Notes under the pieces: generated by a model
The model's database searches: none
What the model saw: only the letters and a program-made list of their open reading frames with translations
What the model was told of the DNA's origin: nothing
Virus record (IMG/VR): IMGVR_UViG_2595698755_000001
Coordinates: 64,001-128,000 of that record
Length of the DNA: 64,000 nt
Strand: one strand, 5' to 3'
Origin: a virus
Taxonomy: Duplodnaviria; Caudoviricetes
Part shown: positions 1 to 9,040 of the stretch, one piece after another
Numbering within the stretch: the stretch's first letter is position 1
Layout of the letters: every line of letters starts with the position of its first letter
Translations under genes and position numbers: made by a program

Positions 1-483
1 ATTGAAGACAGCAAGCCATCGTTATTAGGTGAGTATTTACCTTCATTACTAGGATTGAAAGATGAAGAGATTCTATACACAACTGTAACAAATGACTATA
101 AAGGAACATTGCTTGTAGGATTTGATACAGGTAAACTTGCAAAGATTGAATTGTCAGCGTATGCGACTAAGACAAATAGAAAGATGATTATGAATGCATA
201 TTACAATGGGGCAAAGGCGCTATACTTTAACGTGATTCAAGAAGACATTGATATTGTAATGGTTTCTAGTATCAATAAAGTAGCCTTGTTTAATACAGCT
301 TCAATCAATGCGAAGACATCTAAAACAACACAGGGTAATCAGTTAATGAGAACTAAGAATGATAGCATCGTAGAATCCATCGTAGATGTCAAAGATTGTC
401 AGTTTGAGGATATTGAATATTACCGACTAAGTAATGCAGGTGTAGGAAAGTATATGAAAAAAACTGATGAAATTGCTTCTTGA
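1..483 (+). CDS. Type II topoisomerase (gyrase/topo IV) subunit A, C-terminal part; 5' end outside window
   Basis: Frame is open from base 1 (IEDSKPSLLGEYLPSLLGL...). GyrA/ParC C-terminal blade-like segments, e.g. KTSKTTQGNQLMRTKNDSIVES. Confidence 0.7.
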   Translation: MEDSKPSLLGEYLPSLLGLKDEEILYTTVTNDYKGTLLVGFDTGKLAKIELSAYATKTNRKMIMNAYYNGAKALYFNVIQEDIDIVMVSSINKVALFNTASINAKTSKTTQGNQLMRTKNDSIVESIVDVKDCQFEDIEYYRLSNAGVGKYMKKTDEIAS

Positions 484-508
484 CAAACATAAAAATTAAT
501 GATATAAT
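480..508 (+). promoter_or_regulatory. sigmaA-type promoter, conserved-spacer family
   Basis: TTGACA-aacataaaaattaatga-TATAAT; 17-bp spacer, extended -10 TG. Confidence 0.85.
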
Positions 509-523
509 TATTAATAGAAGGGG

Positions 524-2011
524 ATGGAATGTGTGACGTTAAGTAAATATAAAATCGGGGTAACACAGAATTATAATGTTGAAGTTGATGGAAAAACAAA
601 AAGGGCTTATTACACGAGTTGTACGTGTGGTAAGCGAGAAATCGTAGGGTATGATTTAGACTATCAAGCACGACAAGCAATCTACAATAGAGAATGCGAA
701 TGTGGGAATAACACGTTTATGCATGTCGAAAAGAACCGAAGAGTAGCACATCCGTACTTGAAAGTCTTAGATAAGAGTCGTAAAGGATTCAAGATTCAAC
801 GAACAAACTTGAGTGTCATGATGGATAAGGATGGTAATGTTAAATTGAAAGAGAATATGACCAGAGTTATCCTGTTTGACATTCCAAGTAATACATTAAA
901 AGTTTTTAAGAATGGTGAACCAACTCACAGATATCATGTAACACAGGAATTGAAACATTTCTTTACAGGAATAAGCTGTACTCGTGTTAAAAGTATGGTG
1001 ACTGTAGCTGAAACCGAATATCTGTATGATTTCATTTGGCGAAGATTATCACATTCAAATAGTCGAAACTGGAACTCTAATGATAAATTTTATCTAGGTC
1101 TAGAGAGATTCATCGAAGGTGATTATGGATATCTTCAAATCTTGTCTAGTGCAGGATTCCGTAATGTTGATAGATTCTATGCAACATATAATCGTTGGAC
1201 TACATATTATGCAATTGATAAGAATGGTAAGAGTCCAAGAGAGATTCTTAAAATGCCTAAGTTTATGATTCCACATATACGTGAGAACTCTGGATTTGGG
1301 TTGTATAATCTGGAGCAAGTCCAGAAAGCATTGACGAAAGTTGATGGTAATAAATTTAGAGAGTTAGTCGAGATTGTGAAAGATGAAAGTACAATCCCAG
1401 ACTTATGTAGAACACTAGATAAGCTGATTGAGATTCACGATACATATAACTATAACAATCTAAAAAAATTAACATTGTACTTATTCCGAGAAATTAGAAT
1501 GCATCAAGGAATAGGTAATCCAGAAACAGGGGCAACGTACTTACGAGATTATATTCGGATGAGTGAGAAGTTAGGATTAGAGTATGAAAAATATCCTAAG
1601 TCATTAAAGAAAGAACATGACATCACGCAAATGAATTACAAAGTACAAGAGGATGCTAAAAAGAAAGAAGAGTTTTTGAAAGCAGTGTCAGAAGAAAACT
1701 ATCAATTCTTGAATTACAAGAAGAAGATGTATTCAGTCATTGCACCTTCTGAAATGGATGATTTAATCCGAGAAGGTAATCAGTTGTCGCACTGCGTAGC
1801 ATCATATGTTACTGATGTTGTAGCAGATAGATGTAAGATTTTATTCTTACGAAATACGGATGCATTAGACATTCCTGTTGCTACGATTGAGGTACGTGGA
1901 GGAAACGTAAGACAAGCAAGAGGATTTGCTAACAGGTCACTAACAACAAGTGAGAGAGCATTCGTAGCAGAATGGGCAAAAGTTAAAGAGTTAGCGGTCA
2001 ATTATTACTAA
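524..2011 (+). CDS. PcfJ-domain protein (true start may be GTG at 533)
   Basis: C-terminal LIREGNQLSHCVASY...ILFLR...ATIEV...QARGFAN is the PcfJ signature; N-terminal CxCG pairs. Confidence 0.8.
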   Translation: MECVTLSKYKIGVTQNYNVEVDGKTKRAYYTSCTCGKREIVGYDLDYQARQAIYNRECECGNNTFMHVEKNRRVAHPYLKVLDKSRKGFKIQRTNLSVMMDKDGNVKLKENMTRVILFDIPSNTLKVFKNGEPTHRYHVTQELKHFFTGISCTRVKSMVTVAETEYLYDFIWRRLSHSNSRNWNSNDKFYLGLERFIEGDYGYLQILSSAGFRNVDRFYATYNRWTTYYAIDKNGKSPREILKMPKFMIPHIRENSGFGLYNLEQVQKALTKVDGNKFRELVEIVKDESTIPDLCRTLDKLIEIHDTYNYNNLKKLTLYLFREIRMHQGIGNPETGATYLRDYIRMSEKLGLEYEKYPKSLKKEHDITQMNYKVQEDAKKKEEFLKAVSEENYQFLNYKKKMYSVIAPSEMDDLIREGNQLSHCVASYVTDVVADRCKILFLRNTDALDIPVATIEVRGGNVRQARGFANRSLTTSERAFVAEWAKVKELAVNYY

Positions 2012-2012
2012 A

Positions 2013-2040
2013 AAGCACCCACCTTCGGGTGGGAATGCTT
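2013..2040 (+). terminator. Stem-loop after pcfJ-like gene
   Basis: CCCACC-TTCG-GGTGGG (UUCG loop) within an AAGCA...TGCTT base; weak U tract. Confidence 0.6.
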
Positions 2041-2062
2041 GATAAAAGAACGTTTTTATACA
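2038..2062 (-). repeat. dif-like 25-bp site, copy 1
   Basis: Minus strand reads TGTATAAAA-ACGTTC-TTTTATCAAG; matches copies at 12541, 27260 and 38511. Confidence 0.75.
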
Positions 2063-2081
2063 ATAAATGGGAGGTCATATT

Positions 2082-2483
2082 ATGATTTACAAACACTACA
2101 AAGGCGGTTTGTATCTTATGGTAGGTTATGCAACTAGAATTTCAAAAGATTTTAACGAGAAACTAGAATTGGTAGAGGTGGCAAAACACACTGAAACAGA
2201 AGAATGTATGTCTGTCTATATCGCTCACGATAAAGATACTGGCGGTAACCATTACGTGTTTGAAAGTGATAAGCATGATGGTATCCTATGTTTCTATAAA
2301 GACTTAGATGGTAGTCACTGGCTACAACCTAGAGATAGATTCTTTGGTGATGTACTTGTCGATGGAAAGTTTGAACCACGATTCACAAAAGCAACAGGAG
2401 AAGAATTGTTTAAATCAATAGGAAATTTAATCGAACAGGAAATGGAAGCAGTCGTACATATTCTAGAAAAAAAGACAAAATAA
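2082..2483 (+). CDS. DUF1653-like protein
   Basis: IYKHYKGGLY, AKHTETEE and W..P...F...V..DG...PRF motifs; RBS GGGAGG before ATG 2082. Confidence 0.65.
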   Translation: MIYKHYKGGLYLMVGYATRISKDFNEKLELVEVAKHTETEECMSVYIAHDKDTGGNHYVFESDKHDGILCFYKDLDGSHWLQPRDRFFGDVLVDGKFEPRFTKATGEELFKSIGNLIEQEMEAVVHILEKKTK

Positions 2484-2496
2484 TATAAGATAATTT

Positions 2497-2525
2497 TTGA
2501 CAAGCACTAAAAATTATGGTATAAT
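2497..2525 (+). promoter_or_regulatory. sigmaA-type promoter of nrd operon
   Basis: TTGACA-agcactaaaaattatgg-TATAAT. Confidence 0.85.
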
Positions 2526-2541
2526 TATTAGTATGTCATTA

Positions 2542-2573
2542 CGAGAGACACATTTCCTGTTCGGTGTCTCTCG
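2542..2573 (+). promoter_or_regulatory. 5'-UTR hairpin of nrdI operon
   Basis: Perfect 10-bp stem CGAGAGACAC/GTGTCTCTCG, 12-nt loop, no U tract. Confidence 0.6.
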
Positions 2574-2602
2574 AATTAATCCATTGAAAGGTGGTGATTG
2601 AC

Positions 2603-2968
2603 ACGTTAATCGTATTTGATTCATTCACTGGAAATGTTAAAAGATTCATAGAGAAGACAGGGTTGAAAGCTGTACAAATCAAAGAAGGTTTGATTGTAAG
2701 AGAACCATTTGTACTAGTTACATATACAACTGGGTTTGGTAAGGTTTCAGAATCAACTGCGAAATTTCTCAATAGAGGTAACTTTATGAACATGAAAGCT
2801 GTTGCATCTAGTGGGAACATGAATTGGGGGATAGACTTGTTTGCAAAGTCTGGTGATATTATCTCTCAAAAATATAATGTACCTTTACTTCTCAAATTTG
2901 AGAACGATGGTATGAAAAGTGATGTCGAAGAGTTTCTACATAAAATGAAAGGTCTGGGTGTGTCATGA
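2603..2968 (+). CDS. nrdI: Class Ib RNR flavodoxin NrdI (probable ACG start at 2603)
   Basis: LIVFDSFTGNVKRF, YTTGFG and SSGNMNWG NrdI motifs; lies upstream of nrdE/nrdF. Confidence 0.92.
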   Translation, partial: TLIVFDSFTGNVKRFIEKTGLKAVQIKEGLIVREPFVLVTYTTGFGKVSESTAKFLNRGNFMNMKAVASSGNMNWGIDLFAKSGDIISQKYNVPLLLKFENDGMKSDVEEFLHKMKGLGVS

Positions 2969-3186
2969 AAGAGTTTCAATTTAGAATAGCGAGAAAACGT
3001 CTTCCAGAAGACGAGATACAAAGAACAATCTTTAGTGCTAGGTTGTTGGACAATGGCAAATGGAGAGTTGAGTTTTACTCCAGAGCGCATAACAAAGACG
3101 TTATATATGATTACCCACCAGAAAAGGTGTTAAAGTCATTAGCGGATAGAGACTGGATTCTAGTAGAAGATGGAGACATAGAATAA
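2965..3186 (+). CDS. Hypothetical protein between nrdI and nrdE
   Basis: 73-aa ORF coupled to nrdI by an ATGA overlap. Confidence 0.7.
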   Translation: MKEFQFRIARKRLPEDEIQRTIFSARLLDNGKWRVEFYSRAHNKDVIYDYPPEKVLKSLADRDWILVEDGDIE

Positions 3187-3210
3187 TATAAAAGGGCAAG
3201 GGTGATTGTT

Positions 3211-5313
3211 TTGGCAAAATACATCGAGTTAAACAATGAAGTCAAGAATTTAAAAGATGGCTTCTATCAGATTGAAAAAGATATTGAAGCAGTACGTGAC
3301 TACTTTATTAGTCACATTAACGATGGGAATACGGTTTACTTCCACGATTTAAAAGAGAAGTTAGATTTCCTAGTTGAGAATGAGTATTATGATGAAAATA
3401 TATTGAAATTATATACATACGAACAAATTAAAAAGGTTTATAAGATTGCATATTCTAAGAAATTTAGATTCCCTTCATTCATGAGTGCGTTTAAGTTTTA
3501 CACTACATATGCATTGCGTACAGATGATGGTGGGTCGATTTTAGAGCGTTATGAAGACCGAGTTTCTATTAATGCTTTATACCTTGCTAAAGGGGATTTT
3601 GAGAAAGCTAAACAGTATGTGCGAGTGCTTATTAATCAAGAGTATCAACCTGCAACTCCAACCTTCTTAAATGCAGGAAGGAAACGTAGTGGTCGAATGG
3701 TATCATGTTTCTTACTAGATTGCCCAGATACTACAGAAGGTATCATGTACATCATTCAAGCGTGTGCACAGTTATCACGTTTCGGTGGTGGAGTAGGTGT
3801 TAACCTTTCTAAGATTCGTGCTAGTGGAGAGCCAATCAAAGGTGTTGAAGGTGCATCATCTGGTGTTATCGGTGTTGCGAAGCTACTAGAAGATACATTC
3901 TCTCACTTCAATCAGTTGGGTCAACGTAGTGGAAGCGGTGTAGCATACTTGAATATTTTCCATGATGATATTCTTGAGTTTTTAGACACAAAACAAATCA
4001 ACGTGGATGAGAAGAAGCGTTTGAAAACATTATCAATCGGTGTAATTGCCCCAGATAAATTCTTTGAACTTGCTGAAAAGAATGAGCCATACTTTGTATT
4101 CAAACCATATTCGGTATTCAAAAAATATGGTATTCATTTAGATGAGATGGATATGAATGAATGGTACGACAAGTTAGTTAATGACCGAGACATTAAGAAG
4201 CGTAAACTAGATGCACGTGACATGTTAACTACTATTGCGAAGACTCAATTAGCATCTGGATACCCATACTTCATGTATCGTGATAATGCAAACAAACTGC
4301 ATCACTTAGGAGATTTAGCACCTGTACGAATGAGTAATCTTTGTACCGAAATTTTCCAAGCGCAAACAGAATCAGACATTCAAGGTTACAATGGTGTTGA
4401 CACATTCGGTTATGATATCTCATGTAATCTAGGGTCATTAAACCTTGTACGAATGATTGAAGAAGCATTTAAACGTGGTAGCATCGAAGAATCTGTATCT
4501 ACAGGTATTTGGGCTTTAACAACTGTTGCAGACGACACATCAATTGATGAAGTACCATCGGTTAAGAAAGCTAACGATGACATGCATTCGGTTGGTCTAG
4601 GTGTAATGAACTGGCATGGTCTATTAGCTAAAAACTTCATGGTGTATGGAAGTGAAGAATCTATTGACTTAGCAAACGTACTAGGTGCAATGATTCGCTA
4701 CTACTCTCTTAAAACTTCAATGGAGATTGCTAAAGAGAGAAAGCAAACATTCAAACACTTTGATAAGAGTCAATACTCTAAAGGCAAAGGTTTAGAAATG
4801 TACATAGAAGAAAGCCACGCACCATCTACTGACCAAGTAGCAGAAATGTTAAATGGAATCTATATTCCTACACAAGATGACTGGGCTAAACTAGTTGCTG
4901 ACATTCAAGAACATGGTTTATATCATGCTTACTTAAATGCTATCGCACCAACTGGGTCAATCTCATACGTGCATTCAGCTACAAGTGGAGTAATGCCAAT
5001 CACAGAACACGTAGAAACACGTGTGTATGGAGATTCAACAACTCATTATCCAATGCCATATCTGAATAAAGATACATACTGGTACTACACTACAGCTTAT
5101 GACATGGATATGTACGATATGATAGATGTTGTAGCTACATGGCAAAAACATATTGACCAAGGAATTAGTTGTACACTATTCGTCAACAGTGACATCGCAA
5201 CAAATGAACTGGCACGTTATTACATCTATGGTCACAAGAAAGGTCTAAAGAGCCTTTACTACACTAGAACAAGAAATACAAATGCTGACGATTGCATTAG
5301 CTGTACGATTTAA
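3211..5313 (+). CDS. nrdE: Ribonucleotide reductase class Ib alpha subunit (TTG start)
   Basis: PATPTFLNAG, VSCFL, SNLCTEI, APTGSIS, KSLYY and C-terminal CISC; no intein or intron. Confidence 0.97.
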   Translation: MAKYIELNNEVKNLKDGFYQIEKDIEAVRDYFISHINDGNTVYFHDLKEKLDFLVENEYYDENILKLYTYEQIKKVYKIAYSKKFRFPSFMSAFKFYTTYALRTDDGGSILERYEDRVSINALYLAKGDFEKAKQYVRVLINQEYQPATPTFLNAGRKRSGRMVSCFLLDCPDTTEGIMYIIQACAQLSRFGGGVGVNLSKIRASGEPIKGVEGASSGVIGVAKLLEDTFSHFNQLGQRSGSGVAYLNIFHDDILEFLDTKQINVDEKKRLKTLSIGVIAPDKFFELAEKNEPYFVFKPYSVFKKYGIHLDEMDMNEWYDKLVNDRDIKKRKLDARDMLTTIAKTQLASGYPYFMYRDNANKLHHLGDLAPVRMSNLCTEIFQAQTESDIQGYNGVDTFGYDISCNLGSLNLVRMIEEAFKRGSIEESVSTGIWALTTVADDTSIDEVPSVKKANDDMHSVGLGVMNWHGLLAKNFMVYGSEESIDLANVLGAMIRYYSLKTSMEIAKERKQTFKHFDKSQYSKGKGLEMYIEESHAPSTDQVAEMLNGIYIPTQDDWAKLVADIQEHGLYHAYLNAIAPTGSISYVHSATSGVMPITEHVETRVYGDSTTHYPMPYLNKDTYWYYTTAYDMDMYDMIDVVATWQKHIDQGISCTLFVNSDIATNELARYYIYGHKKGLKSLYYTRTRNTNADDCISCTI

Positions 5314-5330
5314 GGAAGGGGCAATATATA

Positions 5331-6386
5331 ATGAGTTTAAAACAAAATTTAGAAGAACTACGTCAAAAGATTGAGAACATCGGTAATGCGAGAAATGTAT
5401 TACATAAGAGTGTTAACTGGAATGTGAAAGAGGACGATTTCACACAGACATTCTGGGAGCAGAACATTAGTCAGTTTTGGACTGATACAGAATTTACTCC
5501 AACAAAGGATAGTAGAGTCTGGAAATCTCTTCCATTAGAGTACAGAGAAGTGTATAAGAAAGTGTTAGGTGGACTAACACTTCTTGACACTCAACAAGGT
5601 AATATCGGTATGCCTTGTATTGCACAACACGTTGAAGGACACCAACGCAAGGCTGTAATGTCTTTCATGGGTACGATGGAGGAAATCCATGCGAAGAGTT
5701 ATTCAACAATCTTCACGACTCTTCTGAACGGTCTAGAGACTGATGAAGTGCATGAATGGGTTGAGGAAAATCAATTCCTTCAATACAAGGCTAATATCAT
5801 TGTTAACTATTATGAGAACATCGTAGATGACTATACTCTATATATGGCAATGGTAGCTTCTGTATTCCTTGAGTCATTCTTATTCTATTCTGGCTTCTTC
5901 TTCCCACTTTATCTAGCAGGTGGTGGCGGTACAGAAGATGGCAAGGGACGTATGGTTGCATCTGGTGAGATTATTAATTTAATTTTAAGAGATGAAAGTA
6001 TTCATGGAGTTTACATCGGAAGACTAGCACAAGAATTATTCCAAAAGCTGTCTCCAGAACAACAAGAAAATGCTGTCAATGAAGTGAATGTTTTACTGTC
6101 TGTTTTAACTGCAAACGAGTTTAAGTATACAGAAGACCTTTATGCACCTATCAACTTAGACCATGAAGTAAAAGACTTCTTGTACTACAATGCTAACAAA
6201 GCTATGCAGAACTTGGCATTACAACCAATGTTTCCAGAGAAACGTATCAATCCAATTGTATTGAATGGTCTTAGCACAACAACAAAGACTCATGATTTCT
6301 TCTCTACAAAGGGTAATGGATACATCAAAGCTGTCAATGTAAAACCAATTACAGATGATGACTTTGTATTCGACAGATTAAAATAA
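5331..6386 (+). CDS. nrdF: Ribonucleotide reductase class Ib beta subunit
   Basis: GLTLLDT, EEIHAKSYS, LESFLFYSGF, RDESIHG and HDFFSTKGNGY motifs. Confidence 0.97.
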   Translation: MSLKQNLEELRQKIENIGNARNVLHKSVNWNVKEDDFTQTFWEQNISQFWTDTEFTPTKDSRVWKSLPLEYREVYKKVLGGLTLLDTQQGNIGMPCIAQHVEGHQRKAVMSFMGTMEEIHAKSYSTIFTTLLNGLETDEVHEWVEENQFLQYKANIIVNYYENIVDDYTLYMAMVASVFLESFLFYSGFFFPLYLAGGGGTEDGKGRMVASGEIINLILRDESIHGVYIGRLAQELFQKLSPEQQENAVNEVNVLLSVLTANEFKYTEDLYAPINLDHEVKDFLYYNANKAMQNLALQPMFPEKRINPIVLNGLSTTTKTHDFFSTKGNGYIKAVNVKPITDDDFVFDRLK

Positions 6387-6389
6387 ATG

Positions 6390-6418
6390 TTGACAAAAGT
6401 AAATGATAATGATATACT
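6390..6418 (+). promoter_or_regulatory. sigmaA-type promoter, family member
   Basis: TTGACA-aaagtaaatgataatga-TATACT, followed by a GAAA-loop hairpin at 6421-6442. Confidence 0.8.
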
Positions 6419-6468
6419 AATAGAGTGGGGAAACTCACTCTATAATACATAACTAGGAGAGATGTTAA

Positions 6469-6774
6469 ATGAAATTATTCAAATTAGAAAAAACAAACTG
6501 TGCACCATGTCGTAATGCTGACGTATCGTTAAAGGAGAACTTCGGTGTTGAACTTGCAAAAGAAGATAAGATTAATATGAATATGAATCCAGACATTGCA
6601 ATGAAGTTGGGCATTATGCAAGCACCTACATTCTTACTTTTAAAAGAAGACAAGACATTGGCAGAGTTGAAGAAAATGTCTAAAGAAGAAATCGAAGCTA
6701 TTACAGTTACAATGTATAGTGGAGCAGGACTTATGAAGCTTAAAGAATTACTAGAATTATCTGGAAAGCTATAA
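6469..6774 (+). CDS. Thioredoxin/NrdH-like redoxin
   Basis: CAPC motif and GIMQAPT cis-Pro loop; follows nrdF. Confidence 0.8.
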   Translation: MKLFKLEKTNCAPCRNADVSLKENFGVELAKEDKINMNMNPDIAMKLGIMQAPTFLLLKEDKTLAELKKMSKEEIEAITVTMYSGAGLMKLKELLELSGKL

Positions 6775-6791
6775 GAATATAACATATAGAC

Positions 6792-6820
6792 TTGACAAGC
6801 ATCAAAAATAATGATATAAT
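6792..6820 (+). promoter_or_regulatory. sigmaA-type promoter, family member
   Basis: TTGACA-agcatcaaaaataatga-TATAAT, followed by a hairpin at 6822-6848. Confidence 0.85.
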
Positions 6821-6870
6821 TGTTAGTGGGGATTGAGTCTCCACTAACTTATACATAATAAAAAGGGGAA

Positions 6871-7818
6871 ATGAACATGACTAAACAAATTAAAAAGAGA
6901 TACTACCGAGTAGATGAAATTGTTTGGGTACACGATAAAAAGAAAGAAGCAAAAGTTGTATCTATTGATATTCCGAATAAAGATGTTGTTGTTGAGATTG
7001 ACGGTGAATTAGAAACATTGAAGTTGTGGGAAATTGATAAATTGAAATATAAAGCTAAAGACAAATTCTTCAAGGCTAATCCAGAAAAAATTAAGCGTAA
7101 GAAGAAGAAAGTACATACTAGTAAAGCTTTGCCAGATGTCAAGATAGGTCGAGGTACAGTATTCGTTGATAATCCGAACGGGAAAGCCAAGGTACAGTTA
7201 ATGTTGCCAGTGATTAAAGAGAATCCAGAGATGAATAACTTTAAGAATGCTGTTTCATTAAGCACTGCATTGGAAGCAATGAATAAGACGATTAATGAAA
7301 TCATGAATCCAGAAGTATTCTTTGCACGAGTACATCCAGATGCAGTTGTACCAACTAAGCGTGACGAGGATGCAGGGTATGATTTATATGCATGTGTGGA
7401 TGAAGTTGAAGTAGCAGGTAATAAGAAGCATTGGATTGTTTGTAAAGCAAATGAGACAACTCTAGTATCAACAGGTCTTGCATTTGCATTACCTAAGACA
7501 CATTATCTGAATGCAAAACATGAGCGTGGAAGTACGGGCAAGATTTCAATGTCTGTATTAGCAGGTGTTATTGATTCTGGATATCGTGGAGAAGTATTCC
7601 TAGCAATTACTCCTTTACATAAAGATGTGATAATTACAAGTGATGTGAAAGAAACTACACTTGTAGGAGATAGTATTTACTATCCATATTCTAAAGCAAT
7701 TGCACAAGCAACTGTTGACTTAGTACCAAATACAAAGTTAACAGAATTGACTTTAGAAGACCTACAAAAAATTGAATCGAAGCGTGGAACTACTAAGTTA
7801 GGTCAAAGCGGTAAATAA
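6871..7818 (+). CDS. dut: Trimeric dUTPase with about 145-aa N-terminal extension
   Basis: AGYDL, ERGSTG, GVIDSGYRGE, IAQ and RG...GQSG motifs in the C-terminal half. Confidence 0.9.
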   Translation: MNMTKQIKKRYYRVDEIVWVHDKKKEAKVVSIDIPNKDVVVEIDGELETLKLWEIDKLKYKAKDKFFKANPEKIKRKKKKVHTSKALPDVKIGRGTVFVDNPNGKAKVQLMLPVIKENPEMNNFKNAVSLSTALEAMNKTINEIMNPEVFFARVHPDAVVPTKRDEDAGYDLYACVDEVEVAGNKKHWIVCKANETTLVSTGLAFALPKTHYLNAKHERGSTGKISMSVLAGVIDSGYRGEVFLAITPLHKDVIITSDVKETTLVGDSIYYPYSKAIAQATVDLVPNTKLTELTLEDLQKIESKRGTTKLGQSGK

Positions 7819-7821
7819 TTT

Positions 7822-7853
7822 AAGAAGAGAATTTTTTCTCTTCTTTCTTTTTT
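7822..7853 (+). terminator. Intrinsic terminator
   Basis: AAGAAGAGAA-tttt-TTCTCTTCTT plus T run. Confidence 0.7.
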
Positions 7854-7857
7854 GCCC

Positions 7858-7886
7858 TTGACAAGAATAAAAGATAATGATATAAT
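7858..7886 (+). promoter_or_regulatory. sigmaA-type promoter, family member
   Basis: TTGACA-agaataaaagataatga-TATAAT. Confidence 0.85.
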
Positions 7887-7917
7887 AGTATTATATTAAA
7901 CAAAGGAGTTGTTGTTA

Positions 7918-8250
7918 ATGGAGAAACAAGCAATCGTATCAGTTGGTAGTAAAGGTATTTTCCCTAATAGTGAGTTATTAGAAAAGTTTCACAATGAGAC
8001 ATTGAAAACTTGGACACCAGAAGTTAAGAATCTGGCAAGTGAGATTCCACAGAATGATGAGATTCAAACGTTAGAAGAAGCAATTGAAGAAGTTGCACGA
8101 GAAAATGGATTAACAGTTGAAGAAGTCAAAGAGTATTTACATAAGTTTCAGCGTGACCTTTACAAGAAGTACACAAAGAAAAAAGTAGATAAGACAAAGG
8201 CAAAAGCTAAAAAGAAACAAGCAAAAAAATCTAAAAAAAGAAATAGATAA
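7918..8250 (+). CDS. Hypothetical protein with Lys-rich C-terminal tail
   Basis: RBS AAGGAG; C-terminus KKKVDKTKAKAKKKQAKKSKKRNR. Confidence 0.75.
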   Translation: MEKQAIVSVGSKGIFPNSELLEKFHNETLKTWTPEVKNLASEIPQNDEIQTLEEAIEEVARENGLTVEEVKEYLHKFQRDLYKKYTKKKVDKTKAKAKKKQAKKSKKRNR

Positions 8251-8253
8251 GCA

Positions 8254-8282
8254 TTGACAAACACAAAGAATAATGATATAAT
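8254..8282 (+). promoter_or_regulatory. sigmaA-type promoter, family member
   Basis: TTGACA-aacacaaagaataatga-TATAAT. Confidence 0.85.
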
Positions 8283-8301
8283 AATAACATGAGGTGATGA
8301 G

Positions 8302-8589
8302 ATGAAGTTTCTAACAAAACTAAATAACAAATCAAAGCAACTAGCAAAAAAGTTTTTCATTGAAACAAAGTTTGGAATATGGTTAATGGCAAGTATGGCT
8401 ATGCTAAATGCAGTAGAAGGAATCATTCACTTGATTGTAGCACTGATTGGCGGTTATGGAGCAGTTGATATCAGTGTTTATGACTTTCGAGTGTGGATGC
8501 CAATCATTGAAAATTTCATTCTAGGAATCTTCTCAATCCTAACTGGATGGGCATTAGGAATGAAACATGACCATCACCACAATCACTAG
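8302..8589 (+). CDS. Membrane protein with His-rich C-terminus
   Basis: Two hydrophobic segments; ends HDHHHNH; RBS GAGGTG. Confidence 0.75.
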   Translation: MKFLTKLNNKSKQLAKKFFIETKFGIWLMASMAMLNAVEGIIHLIVALIGGYGAVDISVYDFRVWMPIIENFILGIFSILTGWALGMKHDHHHNH

Positions 8590-8600
8590 GAGGTGAGTGA

Positions 8601-8861
8601 ATGGTATACACTTACTCAATGTTGTTTATTACATACGCAATTTTATTCTTGATGATGTCTGGATGTATGCTTGTAAGTGTACTGATTCGTGACCTCAAGA
8701 ATGAAAATTCAACTTCCACAGATGAAGAGAAACTGCAAAGTGAAGCATTCCTTCAATCATTCTGGGACACAGGATTTTTCGGTAAAGTAAACTTTGTATT
8801 GTTACATGGAGCAAGATTTTGGGCAATTGTTTTAGGAGACAAATTTAAACGTAAAGGATGA
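8601..8861 (+). CDS. Hypothetical membrane protein
   Basis: N-terminal hydrophobic helix; RBS GGAGGTG. Confidence 0.7.
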   Translation: MVYTYSMLFITYAILFLMMSGCMLVSVLIRDLKNENSTSTDEEKLQSEAFLQSFWDTGFFGKVNFVLLHGARFWAIVLGDKFKRKG

Positions 8862-8866
8862 TGTAT

Positions 8867-9028
8867 ATGATGTTGGGAATTTCAATGATATTTTTAGTAG
8901 TATCAATTTGGTTAATGGTTAAGATTTTTGCAGAGAAACATAATGGTCTTGGAATGAAGATTTGGATAACTGCTACTACAGCATTATGGATTTTTAATGT
9001 GTTATATGAACTTTCAAAAATAAACTAG
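8867..9028 (+). CDS. Small two-TM protein (53 aa, not in ORF track)
   Basis: MMLGISMIFLVVSIWLMVKIFAEKHNGLGMKIWITATTALWIFNVLYELSKIN; RBS AAAGGA; fills the gap before gmk. Confidence 0.65.
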   Translation: MMLGISMIFLVVSIWLMVKIFAEKHNGLGMKIWITATTALWIFNVLYELSKIN

Positions 9029-9040
9029 GAGAGTGATAGT

